Shown: positions 8,244 through 18,102 of the stretch, in pieces
Layout of the letters: the number at the start of each line of letters is the position of its first letter
Numbering within the stretch: position 1 is the stretch's first letter
From: Candidatus Saccharimonadota bacterium
GTDB lineage: Bacteria; Patescibacteriota; Saccharimonadia; Saccharimonadales; UBA4665
Length of the DNA stretch: 32,000 nucleotides
Direction of reading: 5' to 3'
NCBI GenBank assembly: GCA_003516025.1
Contig: CP023991.1
Span: forward strand, 691,374 to 723,373
Made by a program: the position numbers and the translations under genes
Notes under the pieces: model-generated
What the model saw: the letters and a program-made list of their open reading frames with translations, nothing else
Told to the model about the DNA's origin: nothing
Database searches by the model: none

Positions 8244-9310
8244 GTATCGGGGCCGATCTCGCGGTGGCAGCGGCCGTGCTGCTCGGTAACGGTTTCTTCG
8301 TGGCAGCTGAATTCGCCCTGGTGTCCGCCCGCCGCAGTAACATCGAGCTGGAAGCTCTCGACGGCTCGCGGGCAGCCCGATTAACCCTCAAGGCGATGGA
8401 ACAGGTGTCGCTGATGCTGGCCGGGGCGCAGCTGGGCGTTACCCTCTGCAGCCTGGTTTTTGGTGCCGTCGGGGAGCCTCTGGTGGCACACCTGTTGGAA
8501 GGTCCGCTGCATCAGCTGGGCCTGAGCGAACATTTCCTGCATCCCGTATCATTTGCCATCGCCCTGACACTGATGGTTTACCTGCATGTCTTTATTGGTG
8601 AAATGGTACCGAAAAACATTTCGCTGGCCGGGTCGACCAAGGCCGCCTTAGTGCTGGTACCGCCGCTGCTATTTCTTGTCCGTGTAAGCAAGCCGGTAGT
8701 CGTTACTCTTAATACCGTCGCCAATGCCACCGTGCGGCTGCTGGGAGTTAAGCCACGTCAAGAGGTTCGCAGCAGTTTCAACCGTGATGAAGTAGCCGGA
8801 TTTGTCAAGGAATCGCACCGTGAAGGGCTGCTCAGCAGTGAGGAAGAACAACTACTCTCCGGTACGCTTGATTTCGAGGAACGGCGCATCCGCCACATCA
8901 TGCTGCCGCTGGATAAGATTGTTATGACCAGCAACCGGCCGACCCGGACGGAAATTGAGCGGCTTACCGTACGGTACGGCTTCTCCCGGTATCCAGTTCC
9001 TGGTCCGCACGATACTATTAACGGGTACGTGCATGTTAAAGATATGCTGCAAGTTAGCGAGCGTGACCACGACAAGCCGCTGCCGAAGCAGTTAATCCGG
9101 CCGATGGGCAACGTGAAAGCCCGTTCCACGCTTAATGCTACTCTTACGAGCATGCAGGGCACTGGCTCGCACATCGCCCAAGTAGTTGGCGCCGGCGGCA
9201 GAGTTGACGGCATCGTCATGCTGGAAGACGTTTTGGAAGAACTCGTAGGCACTATCCGTGATGATACCCAAAAGAAATCTGCCGCGACCAACACAAGCGG
9301 TATCAAATAA
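8240..9310 (+). CDS. CNNM/hemolysin-family protein (DUF21 - CBS pair, no CorC_HlyC domain)
   Basis: 356 aa, paralogous to the upstream gene (GEMVPKNISLA). Its start overlaps the upstream stop (ATGA at 8240-8243). It ends after the CBS pair. Confidence 0.85.
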   Translation: MSIGADLAVAAAVLLGNGFFVAAEFALVSARRSNIELEALDGSRAARLTLKAMEQVSLMLAGAQLGVTLCSLVFGAVGEPLVAHLLEGPLHQLGLSEHFLHPVSFAIALTLMVYLHVFIGEMVPKNISLAGSTKAALVLVPPLLFLVRVSKPVVVTLNTVANATVRLLGVKPRQEVRSSFNRDEVAGFVKESHREGLLSSEEEQLLSGTLDFEERRIRHIMLPLDKIVMTSNRPTRTEIERLTVRYGFSRYPVPGPHDTINGYVHVKDMLQVSERDHDKPLPKQLIRPMGNVKARSTLNATLTSMQGTGSHIAQVVGAGGRVDGIVMLEDVLEELVGTIRDDTQKKSAATNTSGIK

Positions 9311-9336
9311 TCGTAAATAGGCTAAAATAGAAGCAT

Positions 9337-9636
9337 ATGGCACGCATCCGCTACTATCTCGACTGGCTTTTCAAGGATTTAACAAGCCGTCGCGGCAAGT
9401 ACGTTATCGCCGAAGTTCCCAACCTGCCGCTCATCATTTTCATGATAGCCATTGTGCTGTCGGTCGCTATTTATCCGGGCGTCACGCAAAAAGTTTTTTC
9501 AGGTATCGCTTACCTCTCACTTATATACTGGGGCATTCTTGAATTCCGTAGTGGCCGCAGCCGCTTCCGCAAACTGCTCGGTATACTGGGTATCCTCGCC
9601 ACCATCGGCGCCGTTTTACTAACCGTACACTTTTAA
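9337..9636 (+). CDS. small integral membrane protein (hypothetical)
   Basis: 99 aa with three hydrophobic helices. TAAAAT at 9323-9328 lies 8 nt upstream of the ATG. Confidence 0.5.
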   Translation: MARIRYYLDWLFKDLTSRRGKYVIAEVPNLPLIIFMIAIVLSVAIYPGVTQKVFSGIAYLSLIYWGILEFRSGRSRFRKLLGILGILATIGAVLLTVHF

Positions 9637-9637
9637 G

Positions 9638-10144
9638 ATGCCGGGGTACAAAGGACACATTGTCGGGGCAGTCATCTGTAACACCGCCTACGTTGGAGCG
9701 CTGGCCGTGCTACCCGGCGGACCACTGCATGACACTTCTAACCTGGTCAGCTCAGCAGAATTGGTAGCCGGCTTCTTTGTGATAGCCATACTGTTCGGAT
9801 TATTCCCAGATATTGATACGAATTCCAAGGGGCAACACATTTTTTATGCCACCGCCTTGGCAGCCGATATCTGGCTGATTCTGGATGGTCGGATTGAAGC
9901 TGCCGCCTTTTTAGGATTGCTGGCTATGACGCCGATTGTCGGCAAGCATCGCGGCTGGACACATAGCAAACTGGCCATGATCCTGATTCCCAGCCCGATT
10001 GTTTTGTTGCCCTATTTGTATAATTCACAGCTGATTGACACGGCTCTGTTAGTATATGGCGCGGCACTAACGGGCTACTTCAGCCATTTGTTATTTGACG
10101 GCTGCATTACCAAATATATCCATATTAAGGGCGCCCGGTACTAG
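9638..10144 (+). CDS. membrane-bound metal-dependent hydrolase (DUF457/YdjM family)
   Basis: 168 aa, polytopic. It carries the His-containing motifs HRGWTHS and SHLLFD typical of DUF457. It starts 1 nt after the upstream stop. Confidence 0.7.
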   Translation: MPGYKGHIVGAVICNTAYVGALAVLPGGPLHDTSNLVSSAELVAGFFVIAILFGLFPDIDTNSKGQHIFYATALAADIWLILDGRIEAAAFLGLLAMTPIVGKHRGWTHSKLAMILIPSPIVLLPYLYNSQLIDTALLVYGAALTGYFSHLLFDGCITKYIHIKGARY

Positions 10145-10233
10145 CCGCCCGGCTCTTGCCATATAAGTCTTGCATTTCCGTTGATCATCCACATCTCTAA
10201 CATCGGCAACTATACCTGGTGTAGTATAGGAGT

Positions 10234-10914
10234 ATGGAATTAATCAAAATACCGACAATTGAAGATGGCGTAGCGCCATTACTTGACCGACTCGTTGAAG
10301 AGCTTGGAACAGGCCGGCACGTGCTGTGGCTGGTGTCCGGCGGCTCGAACATTGGCCTGAGCGTCAGTGTTATGCGGGAGATTCCCGACGAACTAACTAA
10401 CAATCTGACGATCTATCTGACAGATGAACGTTACGGCGATATAGGCCACGCTGATTCCAATGCTTTTCAGCTGGAACAGGCTGGCTTTGACCCTAAAAAC
10501 GCCCGGCAGGTTAACGTGTTAGCACGCGGCTTATCTCTAGAAGAAACCGCTGAGCAATACGCACTCTCCATTGCTGCCGCCTTCGAGGCAAGTGACATTG
10601 TCATCGCCCAGCTTGGTATGGGTCCCGACGGCCACATACTGGGTGTCCTGCCCGGCAGTCCGGCCGTTAACAGCGATAAGATCATAGACGGTTACGACAG
10701 TGATCCATTTACCCGGGTTACTCTGACGCTGGGGGGACTCCAGGAGCACGTCGACGCGGCGTATACGTTCGCTTTCGGTGAGGGCAAACGTCAGGCCCTT
10801 GACAACCTGCTTACGAAAGACCTGGACTACGCGAAACAGCCGGCCCAGGCCTTAAAGCGTCTGCCAGAATGTTATGTATATAACGACTTGCTGGCTGGCG
10901 AGTTACCAGAATAA
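10234..10914 (+). CDS. pgl: 6-phosphogluconolactonase
   Basis: 226 aa from the glucosamine-6-P isomerase/6PGL family, with motifs GGSN, LTDERY and GMGPDGHILGVLPGSP. It is the first gene of the pgl-gnd-zwf cluster. Confidence 0.85.
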   Translation: MELIKIPTIEDGVAPLLDRLVEELGTGRHVLWLVSGGSNIGLSVSVMREIPDELTNNLTIYLTDERYGDIGHADSNAFQLEQAGFDPKNARQVNVLARGLSLEETAEQYALSIAAAFEASDIVIAQLGMGPDGHILGVLPGSPAVNSDKIIDGYDSDPFTRVTLTLGGLQEHVDAAYTFAFGEGKRQALDNLLTKDLDYAKQPAQALKRLPECYVYNDLLAGELPE

Positions 10915-10947
10915 AACAATAGACCGAAAACTTGAGGAGGGAAACGT

Positions 10948-11868
10948 ATGAAAATAGCAGTACAAGGCCTTGGCCGCATGGGAATGCAAATAGCCCGAAA
11001 ATTATCGGAAAGCGGTGAACATACCGTTATCGCCCATAACCGCCATCACGAACCGATTGATGAAGCGGCCCGTTACGGCGCTGTAGCCGCCTACGAAAAA
11101 CAGGATGTTTTGGATGCTTTCGGCGATGACCGGATCATTATCTGGATTATGCTGCCGGACGACATCGTCGATGCTCAGGTTGACGAGTGGTTAACTATGA
11201 TACCGCAGGGCAGTATCATCATCGACGGCGGCAACTCCGACTTCCGTAACACCATGAAGCTCAATGAAAAGGTCAAGGCCGCCGGTATGGAACTGCTCGA
11301 CTTTGGTGTTTCAGGCGGCGTCTGGGGCTACCAAAACGGTTTTCCAATCATGTGCGGCGGCGACAACAAAGAGGCATTCACCGCGGTTGAGCCAGCCCTA
11401 AAAACACTTACTCAGCCGGGTGGCGCCTACTTTCACTTCGGCGACAGCGGTGCCGGCCACTACGTAAAAATGGTCCACAATGCCATTGAATACGGCATGA
11501 TGGAAAGCCTCGGCGAAGGCTTCCGCATGCTCAAAGATGGCCCATATCACAACATGGATCTGGCTGCCGCCGGCGACGTCTGGCAGCACCACAGCGTAAT
11601 CACCTCATGGTTAACTGAATTATCACGCGACGCGCTAGCCGAAAACCCGGAGCTCGACGGCATCAGCGGGTACGTGGCGGAAAGCGGCGAGGCTCGCTGG
11701 ACATTGGAAGCCGCCAAAGAGATGGGCATTGAACTGCCCAGTATTCAGGCCGCCTTTGATGTCCGCGTAAAAAGCCAGCAAGGCGAGACTAACTTTGCGA
11801 CCAAAGTGGTTGCCGCCCAGCGAAACAAATTCGGCGGCCACAACCTTAACGGCGAAGGGAAAGCGTAA
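10948..11868 (+). CDS. gnd: 6-phosphogluconate dehydrogenase, decarboxylating (short form)
   Basis: 306 aa with an N-terminal Rossmann motif (KIAVQGLGRMGMQIA) and GAGHYVKMVHNAIEYGMM. A strong SD (GAGGAGGG) lies upstream. Confidence 0.9.
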   Translation: MKIAVQGLGRMGMQIARKLSESGEHTVIAHNRHHEPIDEAARYGAVAAYEKQDVLDAFGDDRIIIWIMLPDDIVDAQVDEWLTMIPQGSIIIDGGNSDFRNTMKLNEKVKAAGMELLDFGVSGGVWGYQNGFPIMCGGDNKEAFTAVEPALKTLTQPGGAYFHFGDSGAGHYVKMVHNAIEYGMMESLGEGFRMLKDGPYHNMDLAAAGDVWQHHSVITSWLTELSRDALAENPELDGISGYVAESGEARWTLEAAKEMGIELPSIQAAFDVRVKSQQGETNFATKVVAAQRNKFGGHNLNGEGKA

Positions 11869-11871
11869 GCC

Positions 11872-13188
11872 GTGGCTGAACCAGCGATTATCGTCCTGTT
11901 TGGCATCACCGGCGATCTGGCGCAGCGTAAACTGCTGCCGGCGCTGTACCATTTGTTTAAAAATGGCGGCTTGGACGACAACACGATTGTTCTTGGCATT
12001 TCCCGCCGGGCTGTCGGTCCCAAAGAAGTTTTACAAAATGTTACCTTTGATGGCGATGATACGGATCAAGCCGCCGCCGGCAAGCTGCGCGCCTCTTTGC
12101 GCATGTTCACCATGAGCCAGACTGATCCGGATGAATATCGCCAGCTTAAACAACTTTTAGATGACCTCGAAGCCGGGCAGGGCAGTTGCATGCACCGACT
12201 GTTTTACCTGTCGATCCCACCACAAATGTTTACCACAGTCGTGAGGTATTTGGGTGAACATGGCCTCAATTCCGGATGCCAGCACGGTAATGGCCAAAGC
12301 CGCTTACTGGTTGAAAAGCCCTTTGGTTACGACCTGGCATCCGCCCGGGAACTGCTGGCCGCCACCAGCCAGTGGTTTAATGAAGACCAGTTATTCCGAA
12401 TCGACCACTACATCGCCAAGGACGCCGTCCAGAATATAGTAACCGCCCGGCAGGCCATACCGGCACTTGAGGCAATGTGGAATGACGAACGGATATCAGA
12501 AATTGCCGTAACGGTTGCCGAACAGCTCGACATTGAAGGCCGGGCTAACTTTTACGAGGGAGTCGGCGCCTTGCGTGACTTCGTGCAGAGCCATTTATTA
12601 CAGGTTCTCGGTTTGGCAGTTATGAATGTGCCGGCGCATACGATGAGCGACGAAACGCATGCCGCACGCCTGGAGGCCCTGCAAGCCATCCAGCCGGCTA
12701 CCGTTCAACAGGCAGCGCGGGGCCAGTACGACGGCTACCAGGCGGAAGTCGCTAACCCGAACTCCACGACCGAAACATACGCGGAATTACACCTTACGTC
12801 GGACGATCCCCGCTGGGAAAATACCACCTTTACGCTTATAACCGGTAAGGCCATGTCCGAAAAACGCGCTGAAGTCCGGCTCACACTAAAGGAAGGCGCG
12901 ATTGTTTTCCATATTCAACCAGAACTCGGAATCGAATTAGCCGGCGACTTCGAGCAATTACATGGCGCGGTCGCTGACTTCAACCAGCAACACCAGGCGT
13001 CGCTTATGAATCCGCTGGGTTACGAAAAAATTTTTGCTGATGCCATTAGCGGTGACCACCGTCTGTTCACGTCGGTGGCAGAAGTGCTCAGAAGCTGGGA
13101 AATTGTCGAGGACGTCCTGCGGGCCTGGGCGGGCAATGGCGACGGACTGGCCACATACGCTAAGGGCAGTGAAAAAATCTCAGCCTAG
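11872..13188 (+). CDS. zwf: glucose-6-phosphate dehydrogenase
   Basis: 438 aa with a GTG start 3 nt after the gnd stop. It has the NADP motif FGITGDLAQRKLLPALY, EKPFG, and the active-site variant RIDHYIAKD. Confidence 0.9.
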   Translation: MAEPAIIVLFGITGDLAQRKLLPALYHLFKNGGLDDNTIVLGISRRAVGPKEVLQNVTFDGDDTDQAAAGKLRASLRMFTMSQTDPDEYRQLKQLLDDLEAGQGSCMHRLFYLSIPPQMFTTVVRYLGEHGLNSGCQHGNGQSRLLVEKPFGYDLASARELLAATSQWFNEDQLFRIDHYIAKDAVQNIVTARQAIPALEAMWNDERISEIAVTVAEQLDIEGRANFYEGVGALRDFVQSHLLQVLGLAVMNVPAHTMSDETHAARLEALQAIQPATVQQAARGQYDGYQAEVANPNSTTETYAELHLTSDDPRWENTTFTLITGKAMSEKRAEVRLTLKEGAIVFHIQPELGIELAGDFEQLHGAVADFNQQHQASLMNPLGYEKIFADAISGDHRLFTSVAEVLRSWEIVEDVLRAWAGNGDGLATYAKGSEKISA

Positions 13189-13201
13189 TTTGCGGATAGT
13201 T

Positions 13202-13210
13202 TGTTACACT
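13202..13210 (+). promoter_or_regulatory. extended -10 box TGtTACACT upstream of the MarP-like gene
   Basis: TG at 13202-13203 and TACACT at 13205-13210, in the 53-nt gap after zwf. Confidence 0.4.
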
Positions 13211-13241
13211 GCGTATAAGCACTAACGCTGTGGACTAATCC

Positions 13242-14417
13242 ATGAATATTCTTGACGTCATCATAATCATACTTTTAGTGAGCGCCCTCTATCGGGGTTA
13301 TGAGTTGGGTTTCGCGCGCCAAATTTTTTCGACGGCCGGATTTATTGTCGGCCTGCTGCTCGGGTCATTTTTGCAGCGCTATACGGTGCAGCTAGGCGAT
13401 ACGCCGCTCACCAAAGCGCTTATTTCGCTCATGACCACGCTCGGCTTCGCGTTTTTCTTATTGGCGGTCGGCGAACACATCGGCTTGCGCCTGAAGACTA
13501 AAGTCACGGCCCTTAAAATAGACAAGCTTGATGGCTGGCTCGGCTCGGCGATTGGCGGCGCTACCTTATTGCTGGCAGTCTGGTTATCGGCGGCTATATT
13601 GCTCACCCTACCGTTTCCAAACACGCAAGAGCAGATTCGCGGGTCAGCTGTAGTTTCTACGCTTAACCGCTCATTACCGCCGGCGACCACGCTGCTAACC
13701 AACCTCGGCCACATTATTAGCCCGAATGGTTTCCCGCAGGTATTTACCGGCGACGAACCATCCCTGCAAGGGGATACGACCGTTCCAGGTATCTCACCGG
13801 CGATGCAGGCAGCCATTGACCGTGATAAAAATTCTGTCGTCAAATTCGAAGGCCTCGGCTGCGGTGGCGTGGTAGAAGGCTCCGGCTTCGTGATTGGTTC
13901 CGACCTGGTGGCCACCAACGCCCATGTAGTCGCCGGAGTTAATAAACTGTACGTTCGTGATATCAACGGGCAGCACACCGCGACCGTCGTCTGGTTTGAT
14001 CCGGAGCTCGATTTCGCCGTTGTGCGCACTAACAGCTTAGCCGGCGCTCCGCTCGTAATTGACAATGACACCCTTCCGGAAGGCACTAAGGGAGCGATTC
14101 TCGGCTACCCGGGCGGCGGGCCGCTGACCGCCGGCGGCGCTCAAATAATCGATCGTTTTACCGCCCGTGGTAAAGACATTTATAACGACAAAGTCACCCA
14201 GCGCGATGTGTACAGCCTGGCCGCCAAAGTAATTCCCGGCAACTCGGGTGGTCCGGTGATCGGCGAGGACGGCCGGGTAATCGGCATTGTGTTCGCGCAG
14301 TCAACTGTTTATGAAACCGTCGGTTACGCGCTCACAACCGCCCAAACAGAAGCTGCCATTGACCAGGCGCAGGCGCAGAACCGGGCAGTTTCCAATGGCA
14401 CCTGCGCCACCGAATAG
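13242..14417 (+). CDS. CvpA-domain membrane-anchored trypsin-like serine protease (MarP-like)
   Basis: 391 aa with an N-terminal four-helix CvpA-like domain and a C-terminal S1 protease domain. Motifs are TNAHVV (His), a DFAVV region (Asp) and GNSGGPV (Ser). Confidence 0.85.
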   Translation: MNILDVIIIILLVSALYRGYELGFARQIFSTAGFIVGLLLGSFLQRYTVQLGDTPLTKALISLMTTLGFAFFLLAVGEHIGLRLKTKVTALKIDKLDGWLGSAIGGATLLLAVWLSAAILLTLPFPNTQEQIRGSAVVSTLNRSLPPATTLLTNLGHIISPNGFPQVFTGDEPSLQGDTTVPGISPAMQAAIDRDKNSVVKFEGLGCGGVVEGSGFVIGSDLVATNAHVVAGVNKLYVRDINGQHTATVVWFDPELDFAVVRTNSLAGAPLVIDNDTLPEGTKGAILGYPGGGPLTAGGAQIIDRFTARGKDIYNDKVTQRDVYSLAAKVIPGNSGGPVIGEDGRVIGIVFAQSTVYETVGYALTTAQTEAAIDQAQAQNRAVSNGTCATE

Positions 14418-14427
14418 CATACCCACC

Positions 14428-14458
14428 TTGACAGGCCGGGTATTAGACCCGCTGTCAA
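14428..14458. repeat. copy B of intergenic motif TTGACA-N19-TGTCAA with conserved core TATTAsACCCGCTGTCAA
   Basis: ccTTGACAggccgggTATTAgACCCGCTGTCAAcacc starts 10 nt after the MarP-like stop. It has the same 19-nt spacing as copy A. Confidence 0.6.
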
Positions 14459-14496
14459 CACCCCTCCCGCTTACCCCAATTCGCCTCATAAAGATG

Positions 14497-14505
14497 TGCT
14501 ACAAT
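14497..14505 (+). promoter_or_regulatory. extended -10 box TGcTACAAT upstream of the Nramp gene
   Basis: TG at 14497-14498 and TACAAT at 14500-14505, 27 nt upstream of the ATG at 14533. Confidence 0.45.
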
Positions 14506-14532
14506 ATATCTAAAGCATAAGCTAGTCAAACT

Positions 14533-15906
14533 ATGAAAAAACAAAAAGATATCATTACCCGCGGTGCTGAGATGCCGGCCGTAGCACTAGAACAGACTAT
14601 TTTGGCCGCGGAGCGTGCCAAGCAACGCATACCCGGCGGTAAGGTGGTTAAAAAAACTGAAGATTATTGGCATATGCTAGGTCCCGGTCTGACAACCGGG
14701 GCGTCCGACGACGACCCGTCGGGTATCGTAACCTATAGCCAAACCGGCGCCCGCTACGGATTTAACTTTTTATGGCTGGCGGTGTTTACTTTTCCGCTCA
14801 TGGCAACCGTACAGGAAATGTGCGCCCGCATCGGCCTAGTAACGGGCAGGGGACTGGCCGGCAACATACGGCTGCATTTCAACAAAAAAATCTTATATCT
14901 CTGTACGACTTTGTTATTCGCCGCGAACGCGATTAACATCGGCGCCAACCTCGGCGCCATGGCCAAAGCTATGCAGCTTTTTAATCCTCATCTTAACTTC
15001 ACTATGTTAGTGGTGGGTTTTACCATTCTCAGCCTGTTATTACAAATTTTTACCCCCTACGTGCGCTATGCCAAATACCTCAAATGGCTGGCGCTGGTGC
15101 TGCTCAGCTACGTCTTTTCGACCCTGCTGGCCCACTTGGACTGGTCGAGTGTCCTGCATCATGCAATCGTACCGACTATCACCTTCAACAAAGACACTGC
15201 CATTTTGGTATGTGCTATTCTAGGTACCACTATTTCGCCGTACCTGTTTTTCTGGCAAACTTCACAAGAGGTGGAAGAGCAGATCTTACAAGGTAAGACC
15301 ACCGTACGCGAACGTGGCATGGCCACCAGCAAGGCAGACGTTCGCAGCATGCGGATTGACGTCTGGTCCGGTATGTTCCTCAGCAATCTGGTAATGTTCT
15401 TTATTATTGCCGCCTGTGCCGCCTTGTTACACGCAAACGGCATCACAAACATTACCTCGGCCGCGCAGGCTGCCGAAGCACTCCGGCCGTTTGCTGGCGA
15501 CGCCAGTTACTTCCTCTTCGCGGTCGGCATAATTGGCACCGGACTACTGGCAATTCCGGTTCTTGCCGGTTCAAGCTCGTACGCCCTTGCCGAAAGTTTC
15601 CGCTGGAAAGAGGGTTTGTACCGCAACTTAGCTCAGGCACGGGCCTTTTACGGGGTGATTATTATTTCAATGCTGGTCGGCCTATCGATCAACTTCATTG
15701 GCATCGACCCTATTAACGCCCTGATTTACGCCGCCGTCGCCAACGGCCTGGTCGCGCCAATCGTTTTAGCCCTTATCGTCCTGCTCGGCAGCAACCGGCT
15801 GCTCATGGGCCGCTGGGTTAACAAAAAATCGACTACGGCAATCGGCTGGCTGGTAACGGCCATCATGGCTGCCGCCGGTATAGTCGCCATAATCTCACTC
15901 GTTTAG
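14533..15906 (+). CDS. Nramp-family divalent metal cation transporter
   Basis: 457 aa, polytopic. The N-terminal signature GPGLTTGASDDDPSGIVTYSQTGARYGFNFLW is typical of Nramp/MntH-related transporters. Confidence 0.9.
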   Translation: MKKQKDIITRGAEMPAVALEQTILAAERAKQRIPGGKVVKKTEDYWHMLGPGLTTGASDDDPSGIVTYSQTGARYGFNFLWLAVFTFPLMATVQEMCARIGLVTGRGLAGNIRLHFNKKILYLCTTLLFAANAINIGANLGAMAKAMQLFNPHLNFTMLVVGFTILSLLLQIFTPYVRYAKYLKWLALVLLSYVFSTLLAHLDWSSVLHHAIVPTITFNKDTAILVCAILGTTISPYLFFWQTSQEVEEQILQGKTTVRERGMATSKADVRSMRIDVWSGMFLSNLVMFFIIAACAALLHANGITNITSAAQAAEALRPFAGDASYFLFAVGIIGTGLLAIPVLAGSSSYALAESFRWKEGLYRNLAQARAFYGVIIISMLVGLSINFIGIDPINALIYAAVANGLVAPIVLALIVLLGSNRLLMGRWVNKKSTTAIGWLVTAIMAAAGIVAIISLV

Positions 15907-15913
15907 AACAAGC

Positions 15914-17152
15914 CTACTCGTGGCGCAAAGCTTCGATAGGGTCTTTACGGGCCGCCTTCAATGCCGGCGCGGTACCGAATATAATGCCAACTACCAGGGA
16001 TACGCCAGCCGCCAGGGCCACGACCTGCCAGCTGATAACCGGCTCTATGTCGGTAAAGATCCGAAGCATGACATTGATAACCAGAGAAATAATAACGCCG
16101 ATGACACCCCCGGCTACACTCAATACAGTGGCCTCAATAAGGAACTGGTTACGGATTTGCCGCGAAGTAGCACCAATAGCCTTACGGATACCGATTTCAT
16201 GCATCCGCTCGGTAACTGATACTAACATCACGTTCATGATACCGATACCGCCGACTAACAGCGAGATGGCAGCGATGCCGCCGATCAGGCGCGTCAGTAA
16301 GTTTAGTATATTACTGGTAACGCTCAGGCTCTCGCCCTGCTTAAGTACCGTAAAGTCTTCCTGGTTGCCATGGTTAGACTTGACATTATCCTTAATGGCA
16401 GCTGCCACGGTATTGGCCTGGTCAGGGTCATTCGGCTGGGCCAGTACTTCGTAAATCGCCGCCTTGTTCTCGGTTAATTCCTGCGCGACCGGATAAGGAA
16501 TAAAAATAGCGTTGTTAAAATCGGTATCCAGTGACAGAGTGGCGTTCTTAAACGGTTCGAACACACCGCGGACAATAAATTCTTCGCCATGGAATTCGAA
16601 ACTTCTACCCAGCGGTATATCGTCATCAAAAATACCCGTCGCTACACTTTTGCCAATGATAGCGCCATTTTGGTTCTCATCGCTGTCGTTAAAGAAGTCG
16701 CCGTACGCGATTTTTTGTTTGAGCGCCTCCGGCAGCTGCGGCGTCGTACCGATGATTGAGGCGTTATTGTAGGTTTTACCGTCAACATCTATGCCGCCCG
16801 TTACGATACTAAGCGGTACGGCCAGTTTGACACCCTTGGTCTTTTGGATGGAGCTGACATCTTTATCGCTCAGAGCGCCGGTAGTCGTATAGCCGGAAAA
16901 CAGGTTAACTCCGGTAATCGTTCCTTTTTCATCACGATTGACCAGCTGCCCCGGACGGACGGTAATCAGATCTTTTCCAAGATGGTTCATCTGTGACACC
17001 ACCTGCCGCTTAACACCTTCGCCGATACTGACCACGGTCACTACCGACACGATGCCGATAATAATTCCCATCATGGTGAGCAGGCTGCGCCACTTCGCGG
17101 AGCGGACGCTGGCTATAGCGGTCTTAACGTTACCTCGAGTTAATGACCTCAT
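15914..17152 (-). CDS. ABC transporter permease (MacB/FtsX type)
   Basis: 412 aa with an N-terminal TM helix, a large periplasmic-type domain and a C-terminal FtsX 3-TM bundle. Its start overlaps the ATPase stop (ATGA). Confidence 0.9.
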   Translation of the reverse strand: MRSLTRGNVKTAIASVRSAKWRSLLTMMGIIIGIVSVVTVVSIGEGVKRQVVSQMNHLGKDLITVRPGQLVNRDEKGTITGVNLFSGYTTTGALSDKDVSSIQKTKGVKLAVPLSIVTGGIDVDGKTYNNASIIGTTPQLPEALKQKIAYGDFFNDSDENQNGAIIGKSVATGIFDDDIPLGRSFEFHGEEFIVRGVFEPFKNATLSLDTDFNNAIFIPYPVAQELTENKAAIYEVLAQPNDPDQANTVAAAIKDNVKSNHGNQEDFTVLKQGESLSVTSNILNLLTRLIGGIAAISLLVGGIGIMNVMLVSVTERMHEIGIRKAIGATSRQIRNQFLIEATVLSVAGGVIGVIISLVINVMLRIFTDIEPVISWQVVALAAGVSLVVGIIFGTAPALKAARKDPIEALRHE

Positions 17153-18009
17153 TTTTTACCCCGGCGTTTACTGGTTTTTTTACGTGGTTTCGAGGCAAGA
17201 GCCGTCGACGCGTTATCGTGTGACGGAACGGCGTTCATAAGAGCCGACACGCCCGCCAGGTCATCTTCTACCGTAGTTCGCGATACGTTATACATTGCCC
17301 GGCGGACCGCCTGGGCGACTTCACCGATCTTGGTCTTCTCATCATGGATAATCGTACCGTCATGCATATAGACGACGCGGCTGGCATAGCGGGTTAACTC
17401 AGGGTTGTGCGTGACGAATAAAATAGTATGTCCTGATTTGTGCAATTCGCTGAGCAGTTCCATGACCAGGCGCGAGCCAGCGCTGTCGAGATTACCGGTC
17501 GGTTCATCGGCAATGATCAGGGCAGGGTCGTTCACCAGAGCCCGGGCAATCGCCACGCACTGCCGCTGGCCGCCGCTCAGCTGCCATGGATAGTAGTATT
17601 CACGGTGCTGCAGGCCGACCCGGGCCAGCATGTCGCTGGCTAAACGGGTCCGGCGTGTCAACCCAACTCCTTTATAAGCCAGAGGCAGGGCGACATTTTC
17701 TAACGCCATCAGGCGCGGCAACAGGTTGAAAGACTGAAAAATAAAACCAATGGTGTCGCGGCGGTATTTGGCGGCCTGGTTCGGCCGCAGCCGGGCGACT
17801 TTACGGCCATTGAGATTATAGGAACCGTGCGAGGGCCGGTCTAACAGGCCGATTATATTCATCAGGGTGCTTTTTCCCGAGCCGCTGGGACCCATCACGG
17901 CTACGAATTCGCCCTGTTCAATGCTCAAAGAGACTTCGTCGAGCGCTACATTAGCGGCGTCGCCGAAGCCGTACAGTTTACTGACGTCTTGGAGCTCAAT
18001 TACGGACAT
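17149..18009 (-). CDS. ABC transporter ATP-binding protein (MacB/LolD type)
   Basis: 286 aa with Walker A GPSGSGKST, signature LSGGQRQ and Walker B LIIADEPT. A Lys-rich C-terminal tail follows. Confidence 0.95.
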   Translation of the reverse strand: MSVIELQDVSKLYGFGDAANVALDEVSLSIEQGEFVAVMGPSGSGKSTLMNIIGLLDRPSHGSYNLNGRKVARLRPNQAAKYRRDTIGFIFQSFNLLPRLMALENVALPLAYKGVGLTRRTRLASDMLARVGLQHREYYYPWQLSGGQRQCVAIARALVNDPALIIADEPTGNLDSAGSRLVMELLSELHKSGHTILFVTHNPELTRYASRVVYMHDGTIIHDEKTKIGEVAQAVRRAMYNVSRTTVEDDLAGVSALMNAVPSHDNASTALASKPRKKTSKRRGKK

Positions 18010-18016
18010 TTATATT

Positions 18017-18022
18017 AGTGTA
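18017..18022 (-). promoter_or_regulatory. candidate -10 box TACACT (minus strand), 7 nt upstream of the ABC ATPase ATG
   Basis: The reverse complement of 18017-18022 is TACACT, followed by aatataa and then ATG (18009-18007). TTGCAG lies 18 nt upstream as a possible -35. Confidence 0.35.
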
Positions 18023-18047
18023 CTGCTTGAGGTGATAGAGCTGCAAG

Positions 18048-18076
18048 TTACTTCTGTAGTATTTTTAAGGTATACT
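18048..18076 (+). promoter_or_regulatory. promoter for tRNA-Ser: TTACTT -35, 17-nt spacer, TATACT -10
   Basis: TTACTT at 18048-18053 and TATACT at 18071-18076. The tRNA starts 27 nt downstream. Confidence 0.45.
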
Positions 18077-18102
18077 AATTGAGTTCGTATCCAGATACGT
18101 AC

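Noticed and set aside
10145-10233. Direct repeat TCTTGC (10154-10159 and 10168-10173) and weak hairpin after the DUF457 gene
   Set aside because: The hexamer repeat and the 4-bp stem are within chance expectation, and no supporting U-tract or conservation is visible.
13379-14086. 235-aa minus-strand ORF
   Set aside because: It is antisense to the MarP-like protease gene, which has clear catalytic motifs. The product is low-complexity and Ser/Thr/Pro-rich.
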